From Selaginella moellendorffii (lineage: Eukaryota; Plantae; Lycopodiophyta), in assembly GCF_000143415.4 (NCBI RefSeq), contig NW_003314350.1:434001-498000 (forward strand): a stretch of 64,000 bases of DNA. Direction: 5' to 3'. Shown here piece by piece: positions 11,501 to 25,970 of this stretch. Under the pieces are notes generated by a model. It made no database searches, was not told the DNA's origin, and worked only from the letters and a program-made list of their open reading frames with translations. How positions within the stretch are numbered: position 1 is the stretch's first letter; each line of letters begins with the position of its first letter. Both the position numbers and the translations under genes were made by a program.

Positions 11501-14500
11501 CCTCATCAGTATACACACTAGCACGAAGATTTTCATGATGTTGACGTAGTTTCGTTTGAGCTTCTTCCGCAGAACGGGATGCTGCCTCAAACTAAAATAA
11601 ATAATAGTGAATTACCAAGAAGGAAAGTATGACAGCAATACCTGTTTACATAGACGGACTCGTTCTTGTTTAAGTAAAGAAATCTCCGTATCCGCCTGCA
11701 AAACAGATCACAATAAAATATATAGAAGTCACGACCGCGAACGCTTACCGCTTCTTTTGCTCTTCGCAAATACTGCACTACACGCTGCAGCTCGGGCTCC
11801 TCATGATTTTCGTCATCCACATCAGCACTCGTCGAGGCCCTGCGGTCCTTCTCGGCTGAGGTTATATGCTTCGCTTCCAAGCGATCCAAAAGAAAACGAT
11901 TCTGCAAAACGAAGTTGTCAAGACGCAAACTACTTTTCGGGGTTTATACCTGTTCATCGAGCTCCTGCAAACGTTTTTCCATATCAGCTTTATGCGCATC
12001 TAGCGAAGCCTTCTCCATGAAGAAAGTTACTTTCACAGATTCCTGTATAGTAGAAAGATGAGCGGTTTCTGGCCATAACTCTTGCGTAGCCTACCAGTTC
12101 TGCTTCTGCTCTTTCGGCCTTTTCACAATACTTGTTCTCCTGCTGTTCGAGGTTCGCTAGTTGCTCATTCACCGCACTCAGCTCGCGAATAGTATCCGCT
12201 TGCAACAAAACCTGCACAAAGACTATATTGGAAACAAATAGCTGCGACTGATATTTAACCTGTCTTTCGTAATTATTCTGGGCTTCCCGCCAACGTTGAT
12301 GCTCTTTTCTTAGATCCTCTTTCAAAACTTTAATTCGCTCTTCCGCTTGCTGTATCGCGCCTCTGAATGCCATCAACCGTCACAAAACCAGTTACGAAAA
12401 GCGAGACACCTACTCTTTTAGCGCCTCCGCGTTCTTTAGAGAAGCCACTTCCTTCAAAGCGTTTCGAAGTTCCGCTTCTCTATTAGCATTAAGCTGCCCA
12501 TCTTCTCTTTCCTTTTCCAGGGAATGCGACTCCACCTCAGAAAGATGCTTCTGCAGTATCTTCAATTCTGAGTCCACAATGTCCTTTGATTTCGTGGCCT
12601 GCAAAACCACAATTAGCTGCATAAATCACAAGAATAAGTGTTCACCTCCTCTTTGAACTTCGAATGTGCCTCCTCCATCTTCTTTAACGCCTCTTCATTA
12701 GCTTGCGCAATATTTTTATACTAACAAGAGATACACCAGTAATTTAAAGAATTCAAACAACTTGTATGAGATCAAACCTGCTCAACGTGGGTTTTTGAGG
12801 CAAGTAACTCCTCCCTAAGCGTTTCTAGTTCTTCACGAGCATGTTGAAGGGTGACCAGTACCTGAACACGTGAAATGTTAGAAAAAATAAACAACAGAGA
12901 GAAAGAGAGAAAGCCTTACGTTGTTCTCCATATCTTCCGATCCAGAAATTTGCTTTCCACCGGCAACGACAGCCATAATCTAAGAATAATATTTCCTGGT
13001 GAGTAACAGACAAGAGAGCATCTCTATACCTTCTCATCTGCCCTTCTGAGGTTGGCCTCAAGTTCCAGACTGCGAACCTGGGAATAAAAGAAAACTCAGA
13101 GCAAGAGATGAAGAATAGCTAACCAACCTCAGCAACCTTCGCACGTGTTTCTGATGCTGACAACGCTGCAAGCGCTTCTTTGAGTTCTAGACCCAATGCC
13201 TCTCTGCGCTCCATGGCCTTGTCCCGTTCAGATGTAATGCTACGTGCATAATTACGCTCAAGTTCTAGTTTATGCTTCGCATCGACCCATTCCCTCTGGA
13301 ATTATATGTTAGTTGAAGCACAAAATAACGGAAGTACATGCCTGCATTCGATTCACGTCATCCTCCAGTTTTTTCTTTTCCGCTGTCCAGGCTCCCTAGA
13401 AATAGATAAATGATCAGTTTTAACACAAAACTAACACGAGGAGGTACCTCGCGAACTTCATTTGTAGTTTCAATGGTATCTAGTGTTGCCTGAAAGTTAT
13501 AAAGACTGTAAGAACATGTCCAGGACGCAAACCATGTAAACCTGCAAACGATGTACTCGATCGGACAACTGCGATACTTCCTGAGAAGCCCGTTTTTCGG
13601 CAGATTCCAGCAGAGCTTTCTCGCGCTCAAGAACAGAAACCTGAAATAGAAATGCACAGTACAGGGACAGCAGCCTGAATTTCTATTACCTCTATCGAGA
13701 GTCTTCTTGCTTCATCTTCGGCTCTTTTGACGTTTTGAGTGCTTTCTCTGAGCCTACGCTGGTAATCAGTTACAGATTGAGAAAGCTCCACGTTTCTCTC
13801 GAGTATTGAGTTCGTTTGTAATCGCTGTAATTCGCATCGTCTATGACAGCAACACACGATATCACTGTCTTACCTGACTTTCAGACTCTCGCGTCAATGA
13901 CGCCAGCTTTTCCTTTGCAAAGGTTGCCTCCGCCTCGAATCGAGCGCATTCAACACGAGCCGAAGTAAGACTATGCCTGTGGAAAAAAGATGAGAATGAT
14001 CCCACGACAATAGTCACCTGACCTGGTTTGGCTCAACTCCCCTTCAACTGTTTTCATCTGCTCCAGAGCAGCATTGAGCTGCCTACGACATTCATCCTAT
14101 AAGAGAAGGAGAGCTCGTAAATTAACGAACCATTTGAAAAACATCGAATTACATGTGACGTTTCCATTAGGCTCCTTACATCCCGTCCATCACCATCTTA
14201 AACAAGGAACGAGAAACGTAAGAACAAAACTACAGAAAAGAAAACGAACCTAAAGAACGTGCTCCAGGTGTTACTGCGAATGTAGAACGAATCCCTCGCT
14301 CCTCTTCATAGAGTCTTTTATACATCCCAACCTGGGTAGAAAATCTGTATAGACCTCTCGAGACAAAAAGCAGAAACTTACAGTTCCCTGAAGCGATTCA
14401 ATAATTTGAGCCTGCTCCTCAGCCCTTTTCAGCACCATGGCTACTTTCTCAGATGCTTCGTCTATTCGACCTTTGAGGCGAGACTCAAATTCTTCCTAAA

Positions 14501-17123
14501 ACGAAACCATCAGCAAACCACATCTTGAGCTCTAGTCATTTACTCTTAGTTCTTGCTCCTTCTTTTCATTTTGTTCCGCCAGAACACGTGCAAGGGCACG
14601 AAGCTTGGTGTTGTGCTCCACCAAGCCATGGATATCCTTGAACGTCAACTGTAGGAAAAAAGAATCGTACTATGCAAAAAACGTACAAATAAGAATGTGT
14701 TACCAGTTTATCCGATATAACAGCATCCGAAGAACTTTTATCCGGTACAAGAGCACCCGCCGTTGAAGCCTCGTCCATATTTGAATCATCACCTCCAACT
14801 CCAAAACGTTTCTGGATATCTAGACACTCCTTAAGAAGAACCGCAACCTGAATGAATCCAACGAAAGTATTAAATACAATATTTTCCTTCTGACAGCGAA
14901 GACGGACCTGAGACTGAAGATCAGAAACGTCTTTTGTGGCGCCCTTCAAGTCTCGTTCTTTCCTCCGCAGTTCAGCCTATAAAAAAATATTAGTTCAAGT
15001 ACCACAGAAGAAAGCCAGCCACGGACTTTCAACTCCCTGACGGAATTTTCCAAAGCCGCTTGGTCGGACATAGACAATTTCAGTTTCTCCTCCATAATTC
15101 CGTATGCATCAAGCATTCTGGTATACTCCGCTGCATAATTGCATATATAATAACCCAATAAAAATGGTCAAAGTTGTAAAACAAACCTCGTTCTCCAAGA
15201 ATCAATGCAGCTTTCTCCTCAATCTCATGAAGAACCTTCACAGATCTAACGTTATAGCTCAACCTACAGAGCACTAGAAAATTACCCGATCCAATAAAGC
15301 TTGGCAACGGTTTCTTTCATGTCGTTCGTGTCGCCAGGCGTCTGTAGCTTCCTGATATTTGCTGTAAACAGTCCCAAGCTATTCCGGGATACTTACAGTT
15401 AGATACTTCAAGGAATGGAGATTAGGAACATACCGTCCATCCATCCCGGAGAAGTGTGGCCGCAAGAGCCGTTCCAGACACTCCATGAAACTCGGACGAA
15501 TCATTGTGATGCCTAACAATTAGCAAGTTAGTTTACAACACGGTGTAAATTTTTAATAAACATCATACGTACTGTAAGAGCAGCTGGCCGGCATCCGCAT
15601 CCAGGTCTAGAAAACCTTTATCAATACTTTTTACTTGCTGTAATTCAAGTATCCTCTTTTCAAAGTTTTCTTTCGCAGTGGATAGTTCCTGTCAAAGTTT
15701 GGATGGCTGAATAGTCAACGCAAAGGATGCATTCAAACCTTTTCAGAAGCCTCTCGAGCAGCCACCTCCTTTTGAATTTGCTCTTCAAGCTCCTCTTTAG
15801 TTTGATTCAAATGCGCCTGTAATAAAGCATATGATAAAAGGCAAAATAAATTACAAGTACCTCCAACGCTTTAATAACTCCTTCAAAATCGTTTGCTTTC
15901 TTAGACCACTCCTCGGAACTTTGTTTATAAAGTTCGGCCAGCTTTGATGCCTGTTAGATAGGAAATTCTGTCAGTAGAAAAGCAAAACAAGAAAATACGG
16001 ATCTTACAGTGGTAACTTCAATTGATAAATGTTCTTCTTTAACGGCAGCATCCTCTTTGACAAATCGCAATTCCTGACATTGCAGGTCATTATACAACGA
16101 TCTTACATCAGATAACTTACTTCAATTAATCCATGTTTTTCCGTTTCCAGATCTTTCACACGAGCTTGACTTCGTACCAGAGCGTCTTCTTTCTCCTTGG
16201 CAGCCCTTTCAAACTACAATATCCAAGTCATCAATCCAACAGCCAGCAGCAAGGAAGTCTACCTCCATATTCTTGGTTTGCAACTCAGCCTCCGATTGTG
16301 CATTTCGGTTTCGCTCTTCCAGCAAGTTGGCAGACCTCGTTGTGAGCTCTTCAGCAAGCCAGGAATTATGCTCAGCAAAAATATCCTTTTCCTGCTCAAG
16401 AAACAAAGATGAAAAGAAAAAGAAAGGCTTAGCAATCTAAACATTTTGATAGTTTACCTGTGTTACTCGAGCTTCTTGTGCCCGTGATCGGGTGAGCTCG
16501 GCCATAAGTTCGTGAACTCTACTCTCTAGCCCACTCTTCTCTTGGGTGAGAGCAAGCTTACAGGACGGAAAAAAAAAAGTAAGTATGTTAACGTCACCTA
16601 AGAGGGAGAGACTTACCACTTTCTCAAGCAATTGATTTGAGGATTCGTTCTTCTCATCCAACTCCAAGTTCTTCTTCTCGACAACGTCCAGTATTGTTTT
16701 CCGCGACTTGTGAAGCTCACTAATCTCCAACTCCCTAGTCTCGAGATCGCTGTCTCGTTTCATCTACGAGCAGCAACGATCGATCACGAAAATGCCAATC
16801 GAAAAAAATCCACTCACCAGCTCGAGCTCCAACTGATGCACTCTCGCCTGGGCTGCAGCATGCTCGGACGATTTATTCTCCAGCGCCAGGCGGAGCTGCG
16901 CCTTCTCGCTCTCCAGCCTAGCCACCTGATCCATAAGCGCCACATACTTTTGCTCCACCAGCGCGCACGTCTGCTCGGCATTGATTCTGGCCGCGTCCGC
17001 CCGAGCCTTCTCTGTCTCAAGCTGGACCTGCTGATTGCGGACGACATCGTCCGCCTTGCGCACCACCGCCGCTACATCACCACCGAGCTGCTCGAGCTCC
17101 TCATCGGTGATGAAGAGCGGCAT
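8586..17123 (-). CDS. NUA: Nuclear-pore anchor (Tpr/Mlp homolog), many short introns
   Basis: N-terminus MPLFITDEELEQLGGDVAAVVRKADD, long coiled-coil exons, WREAQNNYERQV (TPR/MLP1-2 domain), and an acidic low-complexity C-terminus ending GRGRGGRGNQ. Confidence 0.93.
9948..10022 (-). repeat. Coding hexamer repeat (GCTCCG/ACTCCG)n giving a Pro-Ala/Pro-Thr tract in NUA
   Basis: ggagccggagccggagcc... translates to APASAPAPAPAPAPAPTPTPTPPP. Confidence 0.9.
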
Positions 17124-18479
17124 TGCTTGCGCGCTCCCCCTACAAAGAACCCTAGTAGTAGAACCCTAAAACCTCATGAAAGAGTGGTTTAAGACCTTTT
17201 ACCCATAAAAACTTAACCCTATTTCACTCATCAGGTGTGAGATATAAAAGCTTCGAGATGCAGCAAAGTTGAGGTTGAAGAGAGCTTTCCTGTGATGAGC
17301 GGTGGCTTTTCTCTTCTCGTGTTTGATCCTCGGGTAGTTCATACAACAAAGATGAAGGTATGCCGATTTATTCTATCTCTTAGAAATTTGTCCTCAAGGT
17401 CATTGTTCCTTCAGATAGGATTCAAAGCTGAGCCTCCTCCCCCAGAGAAAATTTTTGTCAAGAGATAAAGAAAAGATGGAAGAAAAAACATGGACATCCA
17501 GGTGAATGTTTACATAGTGGTGTGACATAGCCTCTACGATTTTTAATAATTAAAAGTGAAGAACTTTGTGTGGTGACACTTCAACGAAAAACCATGAGGG
17601 GCCAGCTGCATTTACATATAAGTGACACTTTTTTGTTAAGAAAACCTCTGGGACGTGAACCCGGAATACTTGTTTACATCGTAGACAAGACTGATCAAAG
17701 GCAGGAAAAATAGCAAGGAAGCTATTTCCTCCAATATAATATTAAACACTAATAATATTAAAATTAATCACATAACTGATAATAATTAGGGGAGGAATAA
17801 TCTCGACAACCAAGGCCATCGCGAATCAATCCATATCTAATCAAACTGCACTCTTACAGAAGCAAAATCTTAGGAATCAAAGTAATCTTCCCTAAGGTCG
17901 GATCTTCTTGCAAGTAAGAAACACACAGCCCGCAAAGAAGGCTTTTAAGCCGAGTAAACTGGCCACACTCCTCATCTGTGTCAACGCATTAATCACATTT
18001 TCCTAATCCCCACTTTGCAGTTTTGGTTGACAACATTCCCCAGGAAACCATATATAAACAGCAGTACCCAAACACTTTAAATTCCTCTTCGTTGCTTACG
18101 AGCTGCATGGATGTATCAAGCTAGCCATATGCCACAAAGCTTCCAAGATCAGCATCACGACCTTGGCCCAGAACTGTCTGTGAATGTGAGTGTCAACGTA
18201 AATCTCAGCTTGTCGGTTCACTCTTGTTGTTGTGAGACGATGGTGGAGACCATGGACAGCCAGCCACCTTAATCTGGATTTTTTCACATTGGCTCGAATA
18301 TAAGATGTTTTGGTCCTAAATGAAACATGTAAAAAGAATATTTGATCATAATACAAGTTAACCTTCAATGTTCTTTTGCTATATGTCAATAATAATAATG
18401 TGGAAAAATAAATGAGTAAAAAACCAAAATAGCACAGCAAATTATTTCTCATTGTTTTCTCATTCTCTCCTCTCTTTCT

Positions 18480-19406
18480 CAACAGGGGTAGTCTCGGTGT
18501 ATGTTTCGGAATAATACCCAGAGAGAATGTGCTCTCCTTCACTTTTGATCCTTGCAAGCAAGTTGGGAACTAGGAACCTTGTATATCTTCAAGCCAAAGA
18601 AGGAAAAGAATTTGCTTACTTACAACTGGCGATTTCGAGCTCTTTCTTCTTCTACAAGGGCTCGTTCCTTGTCGACAGCCAGTTCCCTGAATCGTCTCTT
18701 TGTAGCAGTGGAGGATTCCCACTTGTTTTCGGGGTGAAAAGGCGAGAACTTGTATCGTCTATCAGCCATGAGAAGACCACCTGAGCAACACACCAAAGAA
18801 CTCTCAGACTTGAGCAAAGAAGAAGCGAGCACGCGGACTTACCAATCACTGCTAGATTGACGAAAAAGAAACCGGCGAAAACTCCCTTGAGGCCGAATTT
18901 GCTGTTCTCGAGTCTGGCAAAGTCGAGAGGTCTTGGAGGAGCTGGAGCTCGCCTACGTACTGCAACATAGAAGAACTAGCAGCAATTAGCTAGAACTTTT
19001 CTCTTTGTCCATCTCTTTTCTTCATACCACTGACGCTCGCAGCTAGTTGTGCTGCTCGTTCCTCCAAGGCCATGGAAGGGCCTTCACAGAAAAAAAATAT
19101 TCAAACAAAGAGTATGCAAGCTATGAGGAGAGATCACAGGGAAAGGAGAAGCAATGCTTGAGAAGAAGTGAAAAAGCAATGGGAATCAAGGTCATCGCTT
19201 ACCGGAGAGATCAGCCACTCGCTTCTCCAAGGCGCTGGGACCTTGACGAAAAACCGTGAGCAAAACGATCGATCTGGAGTAATGCAGGCATTGATTCGGC
19301 AAAAATTTCGATTACCTGGAGGATGCCCTGGCGCTGGAGCAGTATCTGGCGCTGCCGCTGGAGTAGCATCTTGCGCTGCCGCTGGAGCAGCAGTGCTCTC
19401 CACCAT
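18480..19406 (-). pseudogene. Unassigned spliced gene remnant (Ala/Pro-rich N-terminus)
   Basis: ORF 19134-19406 begins MVESTAAPAAAQDATPAAAP. Donor- and acceptor-like signals follow, but the downstream exon-like segments contain stops. No family recognised. Confidence 0.3.
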
Positions 19407-19598
19407 TTTCGACGAGAAGAGAATAGGGCTTTTGTTAGGGCTCCAGAAAGAGTTTAGAGAATATGCTGTGTCGTGGAATTGGATATTCTAAGGGCATTGT
19501 ATAAATTTTATTTTTGCACACGAAATTACACTCTTCAAGCCCTAGGGGTTTGCAGCGCCTAGGGTTTGATCAAGCGCCTAGCGCCCAGCGCCATCGTC

Positions 19599-22500
19599 AT
19601 GGATCTCCGGTTCCCTTACTCTCCGGCGGAGCTGGCGCGGGTCAAGCGCGTCCAGTTTGGGCTGATGAGCCCTGACGAAATTGTATGGATTCTCCTCGCC
19701 TTTGTAAAAGGGGGGAAAATTTCTGAGACTAATCCGTGCTTGTGGTGTTCTTGCAGCGGCAAATGTCCGTCTGTAAGATCGAGTCGAGCGAGACTTACGA
19801 CAGGGGTAAGCCAAAATCTGGCGGCCTCAGCGACCCGAGACTGGGAACGATTGACCGACAAACCAAGTGTGAGACTTGTGGCGGGAGTATGGCTGAGTGT
19901 CCTGGGCATTTTGGGCATTTAGAGCTTGCCAAGCCCATGTTTCACATCGGATTCCTCAAGACAGTACTGGCCCTCCTCCGCTGTGTGTGCTACAACTGCT
20001 CGCATATCCTAGCACTCGAGGTTTGTCGCGAAACGCTGCTACTTTGCTTTATCTTTGGTTTGGTGTGTTGACAGAACGATCACAAGTTCAAGCTCGCGAA
20101 AAAGGCGAAGAATCCCAAGCAGAGGCTCAAAAAGGTCTTAGAGTGCTGTAAGAACAAGCAGAAATGCGAGGGAAACAACAACGATATGGATGGCGAACAA
20201 GATGATCAAGAGGGCGAGCAGAAAGGCCACGGAGGTTGTGGAGCTCAGCAGCCGAAAATCACCATTGACGGGATGAAGATTATTGCCGAGTTCAAGGTTC
20301 CAAAAAAGAAAGGCGACGACCAGGATCAGTATTTGCCAGAGCCTGTCGAAAGAAAACAGCAACTTACTGCTGAAAGGGTGGGACACTTCTTTGTTAAGTG
20401 ATGGTTCCAACGTTCTATTCGTGCAGGTTCTGGGTATACTAAAGAGGATAAGTGACGAGGAATGCCGCATACTCGGTCTTGATCCTCAGTTTGCTCGTCC
20501 AGACTGGATGATTTTACAAGTTTTGCCCATTCCACCTCCACCCGTGAGGCCTTCTGTGATGATGGACAGCTCGGCCCGCAGTGAAGTAAGTTTACTTTTT
20601 TCTTGTTCAAGTTTACGTTTCTTACATTCCGTTTCTGCTGTTTTGTTCTTTTTTAGGACGACTTAACTCACCAACTTGCCATGATAATTCGGCACAATAA
20701 CAACCTGAAGCGGCAGGAGCAGAATGGTGCGCCGACACATATTATCAATGAGTTCACCCAGCTCTTGCAATTTCATATTGCGACATATTTCGATAATGAT
20801 CTTCCTGGCCAGCCAAGGGTACATGAAATGTTTGGCTTGCTTGTTACTTAATCAGAATGTGCAGGCAACACAACGCTCTGGTAGACCCATCAAATCCATC
20901 TGCCAACGCCTAAAGGCTAAAGAGGGACGGATTCGTGGGAACCTGATGGGCAAGCGTGTTGATTTTTCTGCTCGAACAGTTATCACCCCGGATCCGAATA
21001 TCAATATTGACGAGCTAGGAGTGCCATGGAGTATTGCGTTGAACTTGACTTATCCAGAAACTGTGACTCCATATAACCTCGAACGGTGAGCAATTCTTTC
21101 ATTGTGTTTATCTCTGAACTTTTTCCTTTTATGAACCAGATTGAAAGAGCTGGTGGAATATGGGCCGCATCCACCCCCTGGTAAAACAGGTGCAAAGTAT
21201 ATCATTAGAGAAGATGGTCAGCGTCTGGATCTAAGGTATCTCAAAAAGAGCAGTGATCGGCACTTGGAACTTGGCTACAAGGTAATGGATTTTTTGTCGC
21301 TGCAGTCTCTTATTTTTCTTGTTAATGTAGGTTGAGAGACACTTATGCGACGGCGATTTTGTGCTCTTTAACCGGCAGCCAAGTCTGCATAAAATGTCAA
21401 TCATGGGACACCGAATACGGATAATGCCTTACTCGACGTTTCGGCTTAATCTCTCCGTGACGAGTCCATACAATGCTGATTTTGATGGGGACGAGATGAA
21501 CATGCATGTGCCTCAGTCTTTCGAAACCAGGGCTGAGGTCTCAGAGCTCATGATCGTTCCCAAGTGTATAGTGTCTCCGCAGTCGAACAGACCCGTTATT
21601 GGAATCGTCCAGGACACACTTCTTGGGTGTCGAAAAGTAACCAAGAGGGATACTTTTATTGAAAAGGTAATTTTGTTGTCTTGCTGTCTGAAGCCTGGCA
21701 TTGATATCTTCTGTCTGCAGGACGTTTTCATGAACATCCTGATGTGGTGGGAAGATTTTGATGGGAAAGTGCCGACTCCAGCAATTGTCAAACCAAGGCC
21801 AATATGGACTGGAAAGCAGATTTTTAGTCTGATTATTCCCAAGCAAATCAATATGGTGCGAACTGCTGCCTGGCATAATGACAGTGAAACGGGCGATAAT
21901 TCTCCTGGTGACACGATGGTGCGCATCGAGAAGGGCGAACTCCTGACTGGCACACTCTGTAAAAAGACATTAGGAACATCGTCTGGGAGTTTGATTCACG
22001 TCATATGGTAAGCCTTTCTTTCTGTCTCGGAGTTTCACGTTAACTTTATACTTTTCAGGGAGGAAGTCGGGCCTGATGCTGCTCGCAAATTTTTGGGTCA
22101 TACACAGTGGCTTGTCAATTATTGGTTGCTGCAACACGGTTTCAGCATTGGTATTGGAGACACAATTGCTGACTCTGCAACCATGGAGAAGATTAATGAC
22201 ACTATCTTTAAGGCCAAGAACGAAGTGAAAGACCTGATTAAAATCGCGCAAGAGAAGCAGCTAGAGTCTCAGCCCGGTCGAACAATGATGGAGTCTTTTG
22301 AAAACAGAGTCAATCAGGTGAATTTTCCCCTCCTTTTTTATTCTTCTCGTACTAACTTATAATTATGCAGGTCCTTAACAGAGCTCGTGATGAAGCCGGA
22401 AGCAGTGCTCAGAAAAGCTTGTCTGAGAGCAACAACGTAAAAGCTATGGTGACCGCTGGATCGAAGGGCTCGTTCATCAACATATCCCAGATGATTGCTT

Positions 22501-25500
22501 GTGTGGGACAGCAGAACGTTGAAGGGAAACGAATTCCGTTCGGTTTCATCGACAGAACGCTCCCGCACTTTACAAAGGATGACTACGGCCCCGAGAGTAG
22601 GGGGTTCGTCGAAAATTCTTATCTACGGGGTCTCACACCGCAGGAGTTCTACTTTCACGCCATGGGAGGTCGAGAGGGTCTTATCGATACAGCAGTGAAG
22701 ACTTCGGAGACAGGTTACATCCAAAGACGTCTAGTGAAGGCAATGGAAGACGTGATGGTGAAATACGATGGCACAGTTCGGAATTCGCTGGGGGACGTTA
22801 TACAGTTCTTATACGGAGAAGATGGCATGGACGCGGTTTGGATTGAATCACAGCATCTCGACTCCATCAAAATGAAGAAGAAGAATTTTGATATGACTTA
22901 TAAGTTCGAGGTGGATAACGAGAACTGGAATCCGGACTACATGGCCAGCGACTGTGCAGAAGATATTAAGACCATCCAGGAGATTCGCAACGTGTTTGAT
23001 GCCGAGGTCCAGAAGCTTGAAGCCGATCGCAAGCAACTCGGTCTGGAGATTGCGACTTCTGGGGAGCCGCACTGGCCCTTGCCGGTCAATCTGAAGCGTC
23101 TCATTTGGAACGCGCAGAAGATTTTCAAGATTGAAATGAAGAAGCCATCGGACATGCATCCTATGGAGATTGTGGAGGCAGTGGACAAGCTGCAGGAGAA
23201 GCTACTGGTGGTGCCTGGTGACGACCCGATCAGTATCGAAGCTCAGAAGAATGCCACCTTGTTCTTCAACTGTCTACTTCGTAGCACGTTCGCCAGCAAG
23301 CGTGTTCTCAAGGAGTACAGGTTGACGAAGGAGGCCTTTGAGTGGGTCATTGGAGAGATCGAGACGCGGTTCTTGCAGTCACTGGTGGCACCCGGGGAGA
23401 TGATCGGGTGCGTGGCTGCTCAATCCATCGGCGAGCCGGCTACACAGATGACGCTGAATACTTTCCACTATGCTGGTGTCAGTGCGAAGAACGTCACTCT
23501 CGGTGTTCCCCGGCTGAGGGAGATTATTAACGTGGCCAAGAAGATCAAGACGCCGTCGCTGTATGTTCACTTGAAGCCTGAAGTAAGCAAGGAGAAGGAG
23601 AGGGCCAAGAATGTGCAGTGCGCGCTCGAGTACACGACGCTGAGAAGTGTCACGCAGGCGACGGAGATTTGGTATGATCCAGATCCGATGAGCACCATCA
23701 TTGAGGAGGACGTGGAGTTTGTCAAGTCTTACTACGAGATGCCAGACGAAGATGTCACTCCGGACAAGATCTCTCCCTGGCTACTGCGTATCGAGCTCAA
23801 TCGCGAGATGATGGTTGACAAGAAACTCAGCATGGCAGACATCGCCGAGAAGATCAACCTCGAGTTTGTGGACGACTTGACGTGCATCTTCAACGACGAC
23901 AACGCAGAGAAGCTGATCCTGCGGGTCCGGATCATGAATGACGACGTCAGCAAGGGTGGCGAAGTAGACCAGTCGGACGACGACGTCTTCCTGAAGAAGA
24001 TCGAGAGCAACATGCTCACGGAGATGGCGTTGCGAGGGATCCCTGACATCCACAAGGTGTTTATCAGGGAGCACAAAAGGCAGAGGTTTGACGAGCATGA
24101 GGGCTTCAAGACCGAGACCGAGTGGATGCTCGACACCGAGGGCGTCAACATGCTGGCTGTTATGTGCAACGAAGACGTGGACGCGACGAGGACGGTCAGC
24201 AACCATCTGATCGAAGTCATTGAGGTGCTGGGCATCGAGGCCGTCAGGCAAGCTCTCCTCAAGGAGCTCAGGGAAGTCATATCCTTCGACGGCTCCTACG
24301 TCAACTACAGGCACCTGGCCATCCTGTGCGACGTCATGACTTACCGGGGCCACCTCATGGCGATCACTCGCCACGGTATCAACCGCAACGACACGGGCCC
24401 GATGATGCGCTGCTCGTTCGAAGAGACGGTGGACATCCTCCTAGATGCGGCGGTGTTTGCCGAGGCGGACCATCTCAGGGGCGTCACCGAAAACATCATG
24501 CTCGGGCAGCTAGCTCCCATCGGGACGGGCGACTTCGGGCTGCTGCTCAACGACAAGATGCTGGAGCACGCGATCGAGCTGCAGCTCCCGAGCTACATGG
24601 AGACGGCCGACTTTGGCCTGGGGGGCGTGACTGGAACTCCGCACCACGAAGGGATGATGTCCCCGAGCTATCTGCTGAGTCCCAACTTGCGAGCCTCGCC
24701 GATCACGGACGCACAGTTTTCGCCGTATGTTGGTGGCATCACATTCTCTCCGGGAGCTTACAGCCCGCTTTCGCCAGCGTACAGCCCTGCGGGGTACAGC
24801 CCGGCTTCTCCAAACTACAGCCCCTCGTCGCCGACTTACAGTCCATCATCGCCAGCTTACAGTCCGGCCTCTCCGGCGTACAGCCCGAGCTCTCCAGGCT
24901 ACAGCCCGGCATCGCCCGCGTACTCTCCAACGAGTCCATCTTACAGTCCGACGTCGCCGAGCTACAGTCCCACTTCACCGTCCTACTCTCCAACCTCTCC
25001 ATCGTACTCTCCAACTTCGCCGTCTTACTCCCCGACCTCTCCATCGTACTCTCCAACCTCGCCATCTTACTCTCCGACGTCTCCTTCCTATTCTCCCACT
25101 TCGCCATCTTATTCTCCCACTTCTCCGTCCTACAGTCCCACTTCTCCCTCGTACTCTCCCACCTCGCCGTCCTACAGCCCGACGTCTCCCTCGTACTCCC
25201 CAACCTCGCCATCCTACTCTCCCACTTCGCCTTCTTACAGTCCGACGTCTCCGAGCTATAGCCCGACGTCCCCGAGCTACAGCCCGACCTCTCCGAGCTA
25301 CAGCCCGACGTCTCCGTCTTACAGCCCGACGTCACCGGCTTACAGCCCGACTTCTCCGTCTTACAGCCCGACGTCGCCTTCTTACAGCCCGACTTCTCCT
25401 TCCTACAGCCCGACTTCGCCTGCTTATAGTCCGACGTCGCCGGCATACAGTCCCTCGTCTCACACTTACAGTCCCAGCAGTCTCAAGTATAGCTCCGCGA

Positions 25501-25630
25501 GCCCAAGCTACAGGTAAGTTACAAGGATTCTTTTTCTTTTCTTCTCTCGATCTTTTTCTTTGTTAATGGTTTTTCTTGTGCTTGTTCCAGCCCGACCTCG
25601 CCCTCCTCGACGTACTCGCCTACGAGATGA
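19599..25630 (+). CDS. NRPB1: DNA-directed RNA polymerase II largest subunit
   Basis: [11 protein letters not shown] start, [13 protein letters not shown], catalytic [22 protein letters not shown] and the YSPTSPS CTD. The last intron is 25514-25590 and the stop TGA is at 25628-25630. Confidence 0.99.
24759..25624 (+). repeat. CTD heptad array, about 35 YSPTSPS-type repeats
   Basis: 21-nt periodic coding repeat with a central run of about 20 consensus heptads and degenerate ends. Confidence 0.97.
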
Positions 25631-25970
25631 GACGAAGGAATGTAAGAGTTTTTTTATATGAGAGGTTTGTGAGGTTTTGCTCGCGTTTGGTTTGGTTTGA
25701 CGGATGAGTTGTTCCAGCAGAGGCGATGGATGATTAACACACAAGTTTACTGAAGCTGTCCACAACCTGTAGAGCAGCCAGAAAATAAGAAGTTGGAAGA
25801 GAATGTAACTATTGTAGCTTATGACAGTTTTATTTATGATACGCATTGGAGGTCGTCCTTGGTGCTGCTAGGGAGCATGCGCGATTTAGAGAGAGAATGC
25901 ATGACTCTAAGTAAGATGGAATTTTTCTCTCTTGAGTGAAATGCTTTTAAATCCACTTCGCTTGATCTTA

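Noticed and set aside
17290-17500. Exon-like plus-strand segments upstream of NUA
   Set aside because: Short, interrupted by a stop and without a recognisable product.
24759-25500. Regular 21-bp array that might resemble a CRISPR or satellite
   Set aside because: There are no unique spacers, and it encodes YSPTSPS.
24326-25566. Long alternative-frame and antisense ORFs (311, 279 and 235 aa) with repeated motifs such as KTEKSGC
   Set aside because: Shadows of the GC-rich NRPB1 exon and the CTD heptad repeat.
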